Positions 8,120 to 16,388 of a DNA stretch of 32,000 nucleotides are shown piece after piece; position 1 is the first letter of the stretch; every line of letters begins with the position of its first letter. Source of the stretch: Candidatus Velamenicoccus archaeovorus (GTDB lineage: Bacteria > Omnitrophota > Gorgyraeia > Velamenicoccales > Velamenicoccaceae); the NCBI RefSeq assembly GCF_004102945.1, contig NZ_CP019384.1, positions 1,560,001-1,592,000 of the forward strand, written 5' to 3'. Under the pieces are notes generated by a model. That model was not told the origin of the DNA, did not search any database, and saw only the letters and a program-made list of their open reading frames with translations. Both the position numbers and the translations under genes were made by a program.

Positions 8120-8281
8120 CTATTGTTCACTCTGAAGATCCTGGCTTAAAGGGACCTGCTCGATCTCAGGCGCACCCTCTGCCGCTTTTTTCTCCAGTTT
8201 TCTCCGTTTCTTTTCCTCTGCCTTCTTTTTCCTGGCCAATTCTTTCTGATACTTCTTATACGAATAATTATCTCTGCTCAC
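8120..8281 (-). CDS. Lys/Glu-rich 53-aa hypothetical protein (GTG start)
   Basis: AAGGAG lies 6 nt before the GTG. The sequence is SRDNYSYKKYQKELARKKKAEEKKRRKLEKKAAEGAPEIEQVPLSQDLQSEQ. Its stop TAG is fused to the next gene's SD. Low complexity, so low confidence. Confidence 0.4.
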   Translation of the reverse strand: MSRDNYSYKKYQKELARKKKAEEKKRRKLEKKAAEGAPEIEQVPLSQDLQSEQ

Positions 8282-8360
8282 GATGTGCTCCTTACTTGGA
8301 AACCTTCTGCTTATATGCCCTATCTAGCGACTTGAGATGAATATGGCAATAGGCTTCGTG

Positions 8361-8388
8361 ATTATAAATGCTTAAAATATTTTTGCAA
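8361..8388 (-). promoter_or_regulatory. Sigma70-like promoter for the two small ORFs
   Basis: On the minus strand: TTGCAA, a 16-nt spacer, then TATAAT. Confidence 0.5.
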
Positions 8389-8437
8389 CCAGGAAACTTG
8401 CATCTCCTGCCCTTATGCGAAGTCATTATTTTTTTCA

Positions 8438-9736
8438 TCAGCTAAAGATACCCTCTTGCGCCAGCCAACGCATGCTGCGGTTATGCCGCAACCAGTCTTT
8501 GACGATCTTATGGCCCATAAGGCGAAGGAATGCATTCCTGAAATGCAATCTGACAAATAAAACCAGGGTGTTGTAAACGGAATAAAACCTGGCATAAGCC
8601 TTGAGCACATTCATCTGAAGCTCCCGGGCGGATAATAATTTAGGAGCGAAAACAATGTGCTGCCCGTCGTAGAGCGACCAATCTCTGCTGAAAATACGTT
8701 TCTGTTTTTCTAGCTCCTCGTACACCTTGGTCCCGGGCAAAGGAGTCAGGATCATCATTTGGATGGTATCGATTTTGTGCCTGACCGCGAAGCGCAGCGT
8801 GTCCCACACTGTTTTCTTGTCATCATCATCGCCGCCTAAAACAAACATCCCGTGGATTTTAATCTTTTTTTTGTGGAAAGACCCTATGGCATGGATGATC
8901 TCTTCAATCGTCTGTTTCTTATCATACGCCTCGAGGGTTTTATGATTAACGGACTCAAAACCTATGCATGCGGTATTACATCCGGCGCGGGCCATGAGTG
9001 CAAGCAAACTTTCATCTTTTGCGGCATCGCAGCGCACCTGACAAGCCCAATGGCGCTTCTTCATCCGGACAAGAAACTCCAAGAGCTGGCGTGTGCGCTT
9101 TGGGTTCGCGGTAAAGTTGTCATCGCAGAAAAAGATATTCTTGGACCGTACGGCCAGCAGTTCCTTTCTGATATTTTCGGCGCTGCGGAAACGATACGTC
9201 CTGCCAAACATCTTGGTCACGGAACAAAAACTGCAGTCAAAAGGGCAGCCGCGCGATGTCAAAACAGGAGTGATAAAAGCGGGCAGACGGTAACCTTTAA
9301 TCAAAGAAAAATCCGGGTAAGGCAATAGATCTAAATTTTCAACTGGTTTGCCGTATACAATTTCATCCCGAACCTCGCCGTTGACGATGTCTCCGATGAC
9401 CCCCTCGGCCTCACCGACGACCACCTGCCGGGCAAATCTCCTGGCCTCCTGCGGCACAAGACTTGCATGCACCCCGCCTATAATGACTTTCTCTTTGGGG
9501 AATTTTCTGGCAATCTCATAGCCGCGGTTAGCGGTGGCGGTCAAAATAGAGATTCCGATGATATCGGCTTTGATGCCGGCATAGTCAGGGGTATAAATGT
9601 CTTCCTTGTAGATCTCGACCTCATGCCCCTGGTTCTTTAGGATCGTTCCCAAATACACCGGACCCAGCAACGGCATGGAAATCTTGCTATAGACATTGGC
9701 GATCGTTGAACCTGGCTCTATGAGGACTATCTTCAT
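8438..9736 (-). CDS. B12-binding domain radical SAM protein (class B)
   Basis: The N-terminal Rossmann-like cobalamin-binding region (KIVLIEP...DIIGISILTA...IIGGVHAS) is followed by SRGCPFDCSFC (CxxxCxxC). Confidence 0.9.
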   Translation of the reverse strand: MKIVLIEPGSTIANVYSKISMPLLGPVYLGTILKNQGHEVEIYKEDIYTPDYAGIKADIIGISILTATANRGYEIARKFPKEKVIIGGVHASLVPQEARRFARQVVVGEAEGVIGDIVNGEVRDEIVYGKPVENLDLLPYPDFSLIKGYRLPAFITPVLTSRGCPFDCSFCSVTKMFGRTYRFRSAENIRKELLAVRSKNIFFCDDNFTANPKRTRQLLEFLVRMKKRHWACQVRCDAAKDESLLALMARAGCNTACIGFESVNHKTLEAYDKKQTIEEIIHAIGSFHKKKIKIHGMFVLGGDDDDKKTVWDTLRFAVRHKIDTIQMMILTPLPGTKVYEELEKQKRIFSRDWSLYDGQHIVFAPKLLSARELQMNVLKAYARFYSVYNTLVLFVRLHFRNAFLRLMGHKIVKDWLRHNRSMRWLAQEGIFS

Positions 9737-9792
9737 GCTGGTGCCTGCTTATTCTTTTGCGACATGCACATGGGGGTAACGTTCCGCAAATA

Positions 9793-9833
9793 AAAAAGCC
9801 GTAAAGGTTAGTAGACCTGCCCTTTTCGGCTTT
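9793..9833 (-). terminator. Terminator-like hairpin in the leader of the radical SAM gene (possible attenuator)
   Basis: Imperfect 7+5 bp stem (AAAGCCG..AAAGG / CCTTT..CGGCTTT), followed on the minus strand by TTTTTATTT. It lies 57 nt upstream of the ATG at 9736. Confidence 0.5.
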
Positions 9834-9868
9834 AGATTTGCTAATCTTTATATTCTGCGGTTGGCATT

Positions 9869-9896
9869 ATTATACCACCTTGATACGAAATACCAA
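9869..9896 (-). promoter_or_regulatory. Possible extended -10 promoter for the radical SAM gene
   Basis: On the minus strand: TTGGTA, a 16-nt spacer, then TGgTATAAT. Confidence 0.35.
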
Positions 9897-9907
9897 AGGA
9901 CAGTTTC

Positions 9908-9943
9908 AAAAAAAGACCGCCTCTTTCAAGGCGGTCTTTTTTT
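9908..9943. terminator. Bidirectional intrinsic terminator
   Basis: A7-GACCGCC-TCTTTCAA-GGCGGTC-T7. The stem and loop are nearly identical to the terminator at 7750-7780. Confidence 0.8.
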
Positions 9944-10004
9944 GAAATTTGACGGTGGTTGGCCGCCTGCGGGTTTCACCCTGCGGCGGCACTGCCCTGA
10001 ATGT

Positions 10005-10036
10005 AAAAAAGCCGACCAGAAAAGGTCGGCTTTTTT
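10005..10036. terminator. Bidirectional intrinsic terminator downstream of cusA
   Basis: A6-GCCGACC-AGAAAA-GGTCGGC-T6. Confidence 0.8.
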
Positions 10037-10048
10037 ACCTCATTAAAG

Positions 10049-10090
10049 TGGTTGCGGGGAACTGAGGTCTATAGGATTTCTTCTCCCTTA
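10049..10090. repeat. Conserved terminator-adjacent element, full copy A
   Basis: TGGTTGCGGGGAACTGAGGTCTATAGGATTTCTTCTCCCTTA. 33 of the first 40 positions are identical, ungapped, to 16388-16429. Confidence 0.65.
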
Positions 10091-10151
10091 TGCTAATTGA
10101 GCGATATTTTCTTTTTTCACAATTTTTATTATTAAATTTGGAAGCTAGGCG

Positions 10152-13100
10152 TCAGGCCTCTAAGTCTCTCTTCTTCCACAACAAATAGATGGCGGGATAG
10201 ACGACGAGTTCCATGATGAACGAAGTGAATATCCCCCCAACCATGGGAGCGGCAATGCGTTTCATGACATCAGCGCCAGCTTCATAGGTTTGCGCCCACA
10301 TAATGGGCAAAAGGCCGATAAATAAAACACAGGCCGTCATCATCTTGGGCCTCACTCTTTTCACTGCACCATGAAGAATAGCTTCTTTGAGATGACCGAC
10401 GGTCTTCATCATGCCTCTTTTTTTCATATCCTCATAGGCAAGATCAAGATAAAGAAGCATGAATATCCCAGTTTCCGCATCAACACCCAATAGCGCGATG
10501 ATACCGGCCCATACGCCTATGCTCAAATTATAGTGCAGGAAAACCAAAATCCAGGCAACGCCTATGAGGGAAAAAGGAACTGCCAGTAAAATGATGAACG
10601 TCTTGGCAAAGCTGCCGGTATTCAAATGCAACAGGAAGAAAATAATAAGGAGCGTCAGCGGCACAACGATCTTCATTCTCTCTTTGACCCGTTCCATAAA
10701 CTCATACTGACCGCTGAAAACAAGGGAATAACCTGCCGGTAATGTCAAATTTTTCTTTAAGATCTCTTTAGCTTCGTTCACGTAACTGCCAATATCCCTG
10801 TCAGCCACGTCGATATAGACATAGCCTGCCAACGAGCCGTTTTCATCCCTGATCATCGCTGGACCTGTCGTTACTTCTATATCGGCAAGCTGCGCAAGAG
10901 GAATATTGGCGCCCAAAGACGTGGGAATATAGACATTTTTAAGTTTTTCAATATCGTCCCTCAATTCACGCGGGTAGCGCACATTGACAGGGAACCGCTC
11001 CCTCCCCTCTATGGTTTGGGTGATATTCTCGCCGCCAACAGCAGTCATCAGAGCTGTCTCTACATCTTCGACAGTCAATCCATAACGGGCAATATCATCT
11101 CTTCTTAATTTGAAGTTGACAAAATAACCTCCAGAAGTCCTTTCCGCATAGATGCTTCGCGTACCTTTGACCTGCCGCAGATGGCCTTCAACTTCAGTCC
11201 CGATTTTTTCAATCTTTCCGAGATCATCCCCGTAAATCTTTATCCCAACAGGAGTACGCACACCTGTGGTCAACATATCGACTCTTGCCTTGATAGGCAT
11301 AGTCCATGCGTTAACCTGGCCTGGCAACTCAAGCTTTTCATTCATCTCTTTAATAAGGTCATCCCAGGAAATCCTGTCAGGCCAGATTATCCGTAAAGGC
11401 GATTTTAAGAATTCAGGCAGAATACTTGAATACCACCGGTGCTTAGGCCGCCATTCATTCTGGGGCTTTAAGACAACGACTGTTTCCATCATGGAATACG
11501 GCGCCGGGTCCGTTGAGGTAGCGGCGCGGCCTGCTTTTCCGAAAACCGTCACAACTTCTGGAAAAGTTTTTAAAATCTTATCCTGAATCATAAGAAGTTT
11601 TGTCGCCTCTGTGACGGAGATCCCAGGGGGGGTCGTCGGCATATAAAGGATGGTGCCTTCATTCAAAGGCGGCATAAATTCTTTACCGAGGCTAAAAAAG
11701 ACCGGTACCGTCAGCAGGAAAACCAAGACAGCCGAACCAATAATGGCTCGCGGCTTCTTCAAAACGAATTGGACAACAGGTTCGTAGAATTTAAACAGCC
11801 TTTTACTGATAGGGTGCTTCTCTTCAGAATGGATCCTTCCCACAAGAACATGGTTGACGATAACACAGAGCCATTTTGGCCTAAAACTATAGAAATCAAG
11901 ACGCGTAAAAAGCAATCGTATGGCCGGGTCTAATGTTATGGCAAGAAGTGCTGCAAAAAATATGGCAAATGTCTTGGTAAAGGCGAGCGGCTTAAAAAGC
12001 CTTCCTTCAAATCCTTCCAGGGTGAATATGGGTATAAAAGAAACCGCGATGACGAGAAGTGAAAAGAAAGATGGCCTCCCCACTTCTTTGACAGCATTGA
12101 TGATGACTTCTTTATAATCCCCTTTTCTTCCTTCCTCTTGCCAGTGTGAAAGTTTTTTGTGGGCATTCTCAACGACAACAATGGCGCCGTCCACCATGGC
12201 GCCTATGGCAATAGCGATACCGCCCAAGCTCATGATATTTGAAGTCAGCCCCATAAGATACATCGGGATAAATGCAATAATAACGGCAATGGGCAATGTC
12301 ACAATAGGGATAATGGCCGATGGGATGTGCATTAAAAAGACTAGAATAACAAGGCTGACAACGATCATTTCTTCAATGAGCTTCCGTTTCAAGGTATCGA
12401 CTGATCTTAATATGAGATCTGACCTGTCGTAGGTGGTCACCAGCCTGACTCCGTCAGGAAGCTTGACATCATGAAGTTTCTTTTTGACGCGCTCAATGAC
12501 TTTAAGTGCATTTTCTTTATATCTCATAACAACTATGCCGCCGACCACCTCGCCTTTGCCGTCCAGCTCGGCAACGCCCCGGCGGATATCAGGCCCGAAT
12601 TGCACCAACGCGACGTCTTTAATCTTGACCGGCACTCCGTCCTTACCGACTTTAAGCACGACTTCCTTAATATCATCCAGCGAAGAAATATATCCTCGCA
12701 CGGTCACCATGTATTCCTTGCCGGAAAATTCCAGGAGCCTGGCGCCGACTTCCTGGTTGGATTTTTTAAGCGCCATCATCACATCATTGATGGAAATACC
12801 TGTGGCAACCAGGGCATCGGGATTAACGAGAACCTGATACTGTTTGACAAAGCCGCCGACGCTGGCGACCTCGCTGACGCCTTTGACGGACTGGAGCGCA
12901 TATTTAAGGTGCCAGTTCTGAAAAGTCGTCAAATCCTGGAGGGAATGTTTGCCGGATTCATCAACAAGCGCGTACTCAAAAACCCAGCCGATGCCCGTGG
13001 CATCGGGGCCGAGCTCGACCTGCACATCCTTTGGCAGTTGTGGCGTGACTTTAGAAAGATATTCCAGGACTCTTGAACGCGCCCAGTAGATATCAGTCCC

Positions 13101-13403
13101 CTCGTCAAAGATGCAATAGACGTAAGAAAATCCGTAATCTGAAAAACCGCGGATATCTTTTATCTTGGGAGCGCCGAGAAGCGATGAAACAATTGGGTAA
13201 GTGACCTGGTCCTCAATGACCTGCGGAGGCCTGTCCCATTTTGCGTAAACGATGACCTGCGTATCAGAAGGGTCTGGGATAGCGTCGAGGGGGATATTTC
13301 TTATGGCGACGATGCCGCCAACGACAGCCACGCCCACCATAATAAAAACAATGAGCTTATTTTTGGCGCAAAACTCTATGATCCTGTCTATCAAGCTACC
13401 CAT
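10152..13403 (-). CDS. cusA: Cu(I)/Ag(I) efflux RND permease, CusA type
   Basis: Collinear with my memory of E. coli CusA (GFS..G.SYVY.IF.EGTD.YWARSRVLEYL; LGPDATG.GW..EYALVD.SGKH). The three transport Met contexts are conserved (LYMPTT, SMMETV, VDMLTTG). The ATG at 13403 is preferred over the track's TTG at 13406. Confidence 0.95.
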   Translation of the reverse strand: MGSLIDRIIEFCAKNKLIVFIMVGVAVVGGIVAIRNIPLDAIPDPSDTQVIVYAKWDRPPQVIEDQVTYPIVSSLLGAPKIKDIRGFSDYGFSYVYCIFDEGTDIYWARSRVLEYLSKVTPQLPKDVQVELGPDATGIGWVFEYALVDESGKHSLQDLTTFQNWHLKYALQSVKGVSEVASVGGFVKQYQVLVNPDALVATGISINDVMMALKKSNQEVGARLLEFSGKEYMVTVRGYISSLDDIKEVVLKVGKDGVPVKIKDVALVQFGPDIRRGVAELDGKGEVVGGIVVMRYKENALKVIERVKKKLHDVKLPDGVRLVTTYDRSDLILRSVDTLKRKLIEEMIVVSLVILVFLMHIPSAIIPIVTLPIAVIIAFIPMYLMGLTSNIMSLGGIAIAIGAMVDGAIVVVENAHKKLSHWQEEGRKGDYKEVIINAVKEVGRPSFFSLLVIAVSFIPIFTLEGFEGRLFKPLAFTKTFAIFFAALLAITLDPAIRLLFTRLDFYSFRPKWLCVIVNHVLVGRIHSEEKHPISKRLFKFYEPVVQFVLKKPRAIIGSAVLVFLLTVPVFFSLGKEFMPPLNEGTILYMPTTPPGISVTEATKLLMIQDKILKTFPEVVTVFGKAGRAATSTDPAPYSMMETVVVLKPQNEWRPKHRWYSSILPEFLKSPLRIIWPDRISWDDLIKEMNEKLELPGQVNAWTMPIKARVDMLTTGVRTPVGIKIYGDDLGKIEKIGTEVEGHLRQVKGTRSIYAERTSGGYFVNFKLRRDDIARYGLTVEDVETALMTAVGGENITQTIEGRERFPVNVRYPRELRDDIEKLKNVYIPTSLGANIPLAQLADIEVTTGPAMIRDENGSLAGYVYIDVADRDIGSYVNEAKEILKKNLTLPAGYSLVFSGQYEFMERVKERMKIVVPLTLLIIFFLLHLNTGSFAKTFIILLAVPFSLIGVAWILVFLHYNLSIGVWAGIIALLGVDAETGIFMLLYLDLAYEDMKKRGMMKTVGHLKEAILHGAVKRVRPKMMTACVLFIGLLPIMWAQTYEAGADVMKRIAAPMVGGIFTSFIMELVVYPAIYLLWKKRDLEA

Positions 13404-13431
13404 CAAACACCGCTTTCTTTAAAGAAAGGTG

Positions 13432-14700
13432 TTATTGCTGATGCTGGTGAGTTTGCGTGGCTGCGGGTGCTTTCAATTGGCTCTCTGAATCCACAAAGAA
13501 ATTGCCGGAGGAGACAACGTTCTCTCCTTCCGTCAAGCCGGAAAGCACTTCGTAATACTTTTCAGCTTTTGTTCCTAGCGTGACATCACGGGAGTCGAAA
13601 TATCCTTCCGGAGTCGCAACAAAGACGATTTTGCGCTCTCCTGTATCGATCACCGCATCCTCAGGCACAGCTAATTTTTCGCCGATGTCTATCTTTATCA
13701 TCGCGGAAACAAACATTTCTGGTTTCAACTTATCATCGGGATTCTTTATTTCTACGCGCACCTGATTAGTGCGGGTTGCGGCATCCAAAACAGGATTGAC
13801 GGAAGCAACCTGGCCCTGGAATACCTCGCCCGGATAAGCAACGGCCTCAATATCCACAGGCATGCCAACTTTGATAAGCCCTATCTCATATTCATAAACA
13901 GAAACATACGCCCACACATTTTCGCCTTTGGCTGGCAGATACAGGTTCGTCTGCGCTTTCCGCGTCTTTTCAAGTTCGGCAATCTGGTCGTCGCTCATAC
14001 CCTTCAATTTCAGCTTCTGGCGGGCTGCATCTGTGACGGATTTAGCGCGGTCAATAACGTCCTGCAGAGGAGAATCTTTTGTCTCGTCCTGCACTTTAAG
14101 CGCCTGGATGAATTCTTCCTGGGTCACAACAAGCTCGGGATCATAGGCGATCTTGCCAGAGGCGTGAACGATCTTTACAAGGTCTCTTTTCGTAACAGGC
14201 GAAACGCTAATCCCCATCAGTTTCTGCTTTTCAGGGCTGATAGAAACGCCTTCGGGATGCGCAGCTCCTTCCTCCTCATAAACAGGAACATACTCCATGC
14301 CCATAGAATCTTTCATAGGCACGGGTGACGTGACTTGCGGATTCATCGGATTACGATAAGCGATAATTTTGCGCTCTTCTTTGGCTGCTGCATTTTTTTC
14401 TTCAGCAACCGGGACGATTTTGCTATTTTCCGTCGTGATATATTCACCGCAAATAGGACACTTTATTCTCTCGCCGGGCTTCAGATGTACTCTTACCTGC
14501 ATCCCGCATTGATGCATAGGACATTTATGTTCCAGGCAAACTTCCTGCGGAGTCTTGCCTTGAGAGGAAGAAACATCTTGCATGGCAGTCATCGAATCAT
14601 GACGCATCTGTTCCCCAGCCGCCATAGAATGATATGCCAATAAAGCTATACTCAAGGCAACTAAAATAACAATGATCAATAAAGGATTATTTCTTTTCAT
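13432..14700 (-). CDS. cusB: RND periplasmic adaptor, CusB-like, with an N-terminal metal-binding region
   Basis: Signal anchor, a Met-rich stretch, a Cys motif (HKCPMHQC...IKCPICG) and YRNPMNP...KDSMGMEYVPVY, followed by a barrel-sandwich/beta-barrel adaptor body. The ATG at 14700 has AGAGG upstream. Confidence 0.88.
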   Translation of the reverse strand: MKRNNPLLIIVILVALSIALLAYHSMAAGEQMRHDSMTAMQDVSSSQGKTPQEVCLEHKCPMHQCGMQVRVHLKPGERIKCPICGEYITTENSKIVPVAEEKNAAAKEERKIIAYRNPMNPQVTSPVPMKDSMGMEYVPVYEEEGAAHPEGVSISPEKQKLMGISVSPVTKRDLVKIVHASGKIAYDPELVVTQEEFIQALKVQDETKDSPLQDVIDRAKSVTDAARQKLKLKGMSDDQIAELEKTRKAQTNLYLPAKGENVWAYVSVYEYEIGLIKVGMPVDIEAVAYPGEVFQGQVASVNPVLDAATRTNQVRVEIKNPDDKLKPEMFVSAMIKIDIGEKLAVPEDAVIDTGERKIVFVATPEGYFDSRDVTLGTKAEKYYEVLSGLTEGENVVSSGNFFVDSESQLKAPAATQTHQHQQ

Positions 14701-15964
14701 AAGCAACCTCTTTTACTTGTGAACCGTCAAGATCTGTTCCGATGGCGCGCTCTAAGTCCGCCAGAGCGACTTTAAGCTCAAGAATGGCATTATAGTGTTT
14801 GAGTTTGAAATCGATGAGCATTCTTCGGCTGTCCAAGAGCGTGAGAAAATCAGACTGATTGGATTCGTAACCTTTGAGCGATGCCTCCAACGTCTCTTCT
14901 GCTTGAGGCAAAAACGACGTCTCGTAAAGTTCTATTAATTTTTTATTCGCTTCCACGCGCGCATAAGCATCCCTGACATCAAAAAGCACGGCCTTCTCTT
15001 TGGCAGCATACTCGGCCTTTACCATCTCGAGCTCTGACTTCATCTCTTTAACGCCAAAAGCCTGTTTTTGGAAAAACCATAACGGGACGGTAACACCCAC
15101 CATTCCCGCCCAAGACTTTTCATCATTCATCATCTGTTTATACGTCACTCTGAAATCAGGCAAAAATTCATTTTGGGCGAGATGATAAGCTGCCTGGCCC
15201 TTATCTATGGCATAGCGATAGGCTTTCAGCTCAGGATTATTTTGTTTAGCGAGAGCATAGCAATCTTGCAGTGTCTGACTGAATTTTATCGTCTCGCCGG
15301 CAGAAGGTGCGCCGAGCTCATCTTGAGGGTCTCTATTCAGAAGAACATTTAATCTGCCTTGGGCTGTCAGGCGTCTTTGCTCAAGCATAACAAGCTCTGT
15401 GTCAACGCTTGCCAGCTCCACCTGCGCTTTCAAAACATCCGCCTGGGGACCTTCTCCTGTTTTATACCGCGAGACGGCTGATTGTGAAAGTTGCTCTAAA
15501 ATACTTTTGTCTTCTTTGTTAACTTCAATCTCTCGATAAATCACAAAAAGTTCTGCATAGGCGCTCTTGACTTGGGAGATGATTTCTTTTTCTTTGGCCT
15601 GATAGTTCTCATAGGCCATTTTGGCGAGCTTTGAGGCAACCTTAGCGCGCAAAAAAAGCTTAGTCGGAAAAGGGATATCCTGTGATATCTCGTAGGTCTT
15701 CATGGGCTCGCCTGTCAGCATCCTGTCAGCGGTCATCTTATCATAGCCGACCGAAAACATGGGATCAGTAAGGCTTGCCGCCTGCCAAATACGTGCGTTC
15801 GCAGCCTCATACGACCTTTTGGCGGACAAAATCTCAGGATTCGCCTCTAAGGCCTCATTCATGGCCCTCTTCAAGTCCAGTTCTTCGGCTGCCGTGATAA
15901 CAGAGTCGAATAAGAAAAAAACAAACAAAACAATTATTGCAACACTTATTTTTCTATTTTTCAT
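14687..15964 (-). CDS. cusC: TolC-family outer membrane factor of the cus operon
   Basis: Two TolC repeats. The ATG at 15964 gives a signal peptide (MKNRKISVAIIVLFVFFLF...AAE). The track's extension to 16102 runs through the putative promoter. Confidence 0.85.
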   Translation of the reverse strand: MKNRKISVAIIVLFVFFLFDSVITAAEELDLKRAMNEALEANPEILSAKRSYEAANARIWQAASLTDPMFSVGYDKMTADRMLTGEPMKTYEISQDIPFPTKLFLRAKVASKLAKMAYENYQAKEKEIISQVKSAYAELFVIYREIEVNKEDKSILEQLSQSAVSRYKTGEGPQADVLKAQVELASVDTELVMLEQRRLTAQGRLNVLLNRDPQDELGAPSAGETIKFSQTLQDCYALAKQNNPELKAYRYAIDKGQAAYHLAQNEFLPDFRVTYKQMMNDEKSWAGMVGVTVPLWFFQKQAFGVKEMKSELEMVKAEYAAKEKAVLFDVRDAYARVEANKKLIELYETSFLPQAEETLEASLKGYESNQSDFLTLLDSRRMLIDFKLKHYNAILELKVALADLERAIGTDLDGSQVKEVAYEKK

Positions 15965-16019
15965 GTTATTGTTATAACATAACTGCAAACAGTTATTGAA
16001 TTTCAACCGAACTGTCCCC

Positions 16020-16049
16020 ATTATACTCCGACAAAAATAAGAAAGCCAA
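16020..16049 (-). promoter_or_regulatory. Putative sigma70 promoter of cusCBA
   Basis: On the minus strand: TTGGCT, an 18-nt spacer, then TATAAT. Confidence 0.45.
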
Positions 16050-16063
16050 GACATTATGTCTTG
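16047..16063. promoter_or_regulatory. Palindrome CAAGACA-TTA-TGTCTTG overlapping the -35 (candidate operator)
   Basis: Perfect 7-bp arms read directly. A second palindrome, ATAACTG-CAAA-CAGTTAT, lies in the 5' UTR at 15979-15996. Confidence 0.35.
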
Positions 16064-16144
16064 ACTGGATTGGTTGGCCGCCCGTATAAGAGGAACGTAC
16101 ATTGAGAAACGGGAACCGTTCAGGACCCTATTCTATGTCATATT

Positions 16145-16178
16145 AAAAAAACACCACCCTTCCGAGTGGTGTTTTTTT
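16145..16178. terminator. Bidirectional intrinsic terminator
   Basis: A7-ACACCAC-CCTTCCGA-GTGGTGT-T7. Confidence 0.8.
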
Positions 16179-16182
16179 AATA

Positions 16183-16198
16183 TGGTTGCGGTGGTCCG
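16183..16198. repeat. Truncated copy of the terminator-adjacent element
   Basis: TGGTTGCGGTGGTCCG matches 16388-16403 at 15 of 16 positions, then diverges. Confidence 0.5.
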
Positions 16199-16209
16199 AT
16201 TTTTAATAA

Positions 16210-16322
16210 GGGCATGACTTACGGAATGAGCGTAGCGAATAAACGTAAGTCATCTGCCCGAATTAACTCCGAAGGCCGCAAGAAAATTTGGAAAAAATTT
16301 TCGCAGCGAATGGCTTTCGGAG
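16210..16322. other. Two long tandem hairpins in a terminator-enclosed, ORF-poor segment (candidate structured RNA)
   Basis: Hairpin 1 pairs 16210-16223 with 16244-16259 (14 bp, 2-nt bulge, 20-nt loop). Hairpin 2 pairs 16267-16277 with 16312-16322 (11 bp including one G-U) and has an inner stem GAAAATTT/AAATTTTC (16282-16289/16295-16302). Confidence 0.5.
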
Positions 16323-16352
16323 GAACGGCGCCACGAGGGCCCCTGGCTACCC

Positions 16353-16388
16353 AAATAAAAAGACACCCTTTCGGGTGTCTTTTTATTT
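16353..16388. terminator. Bidirectional intrinsic terminator (perfect 16-nt arms)
   Basis: AAATAAAAAGACACCC-TTTC-GGGTGTCTTTTTATTT. Confidence 0.85.

Noticed and set aside
9737-9868. A cobalamin riboswitch upstream of the B12-dependent radical SAM gene.
   Set aside because: The leader is only about 60-130 nt, and I could not find a B12-box-like conserved core. Only a terminator-like hairpin is evident.
10049-10090. The TGGTTGCGGGG... motif (also at 16183 and 16388) reads on the minus strand as ...CCCCGCAACCA. That looks like a tRNA or tmRNA acceptor 3' end and suggested tRNA genes or tRNA-derived att sites.
   Set aside because: No T-arm (GTTCGAATC-like) or complementary 5' acceptor strand can be placed at the required distances, and no cloverleaf can be drawn. 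It is kept only as a repeat element.
11181-13076. Several plus-strand ORFs (for example 12471..13076, 201 aa) antisense to cusA. Similar antisense ORFs lie over the second RND pump (22513..25479).
   Set aside because: All are nested in strongly supported RND genes, lack recognisable motifs and RBSs, and have compositions mirroring the sense-strand codons.
15965-16102. N-terminal extensions in the ORF track: cusC-like to 16102, arsC to 6339 (TTG), MarR to 19251, and TTG starts for cusA, cusB, abrB-like and emrB.
   Set aside because: The extensions lack RBSs, overlap upstream genes or promoters, or precede an ATG with a good SD and a proper signal peptide. The downstream ATG starts were used instead.
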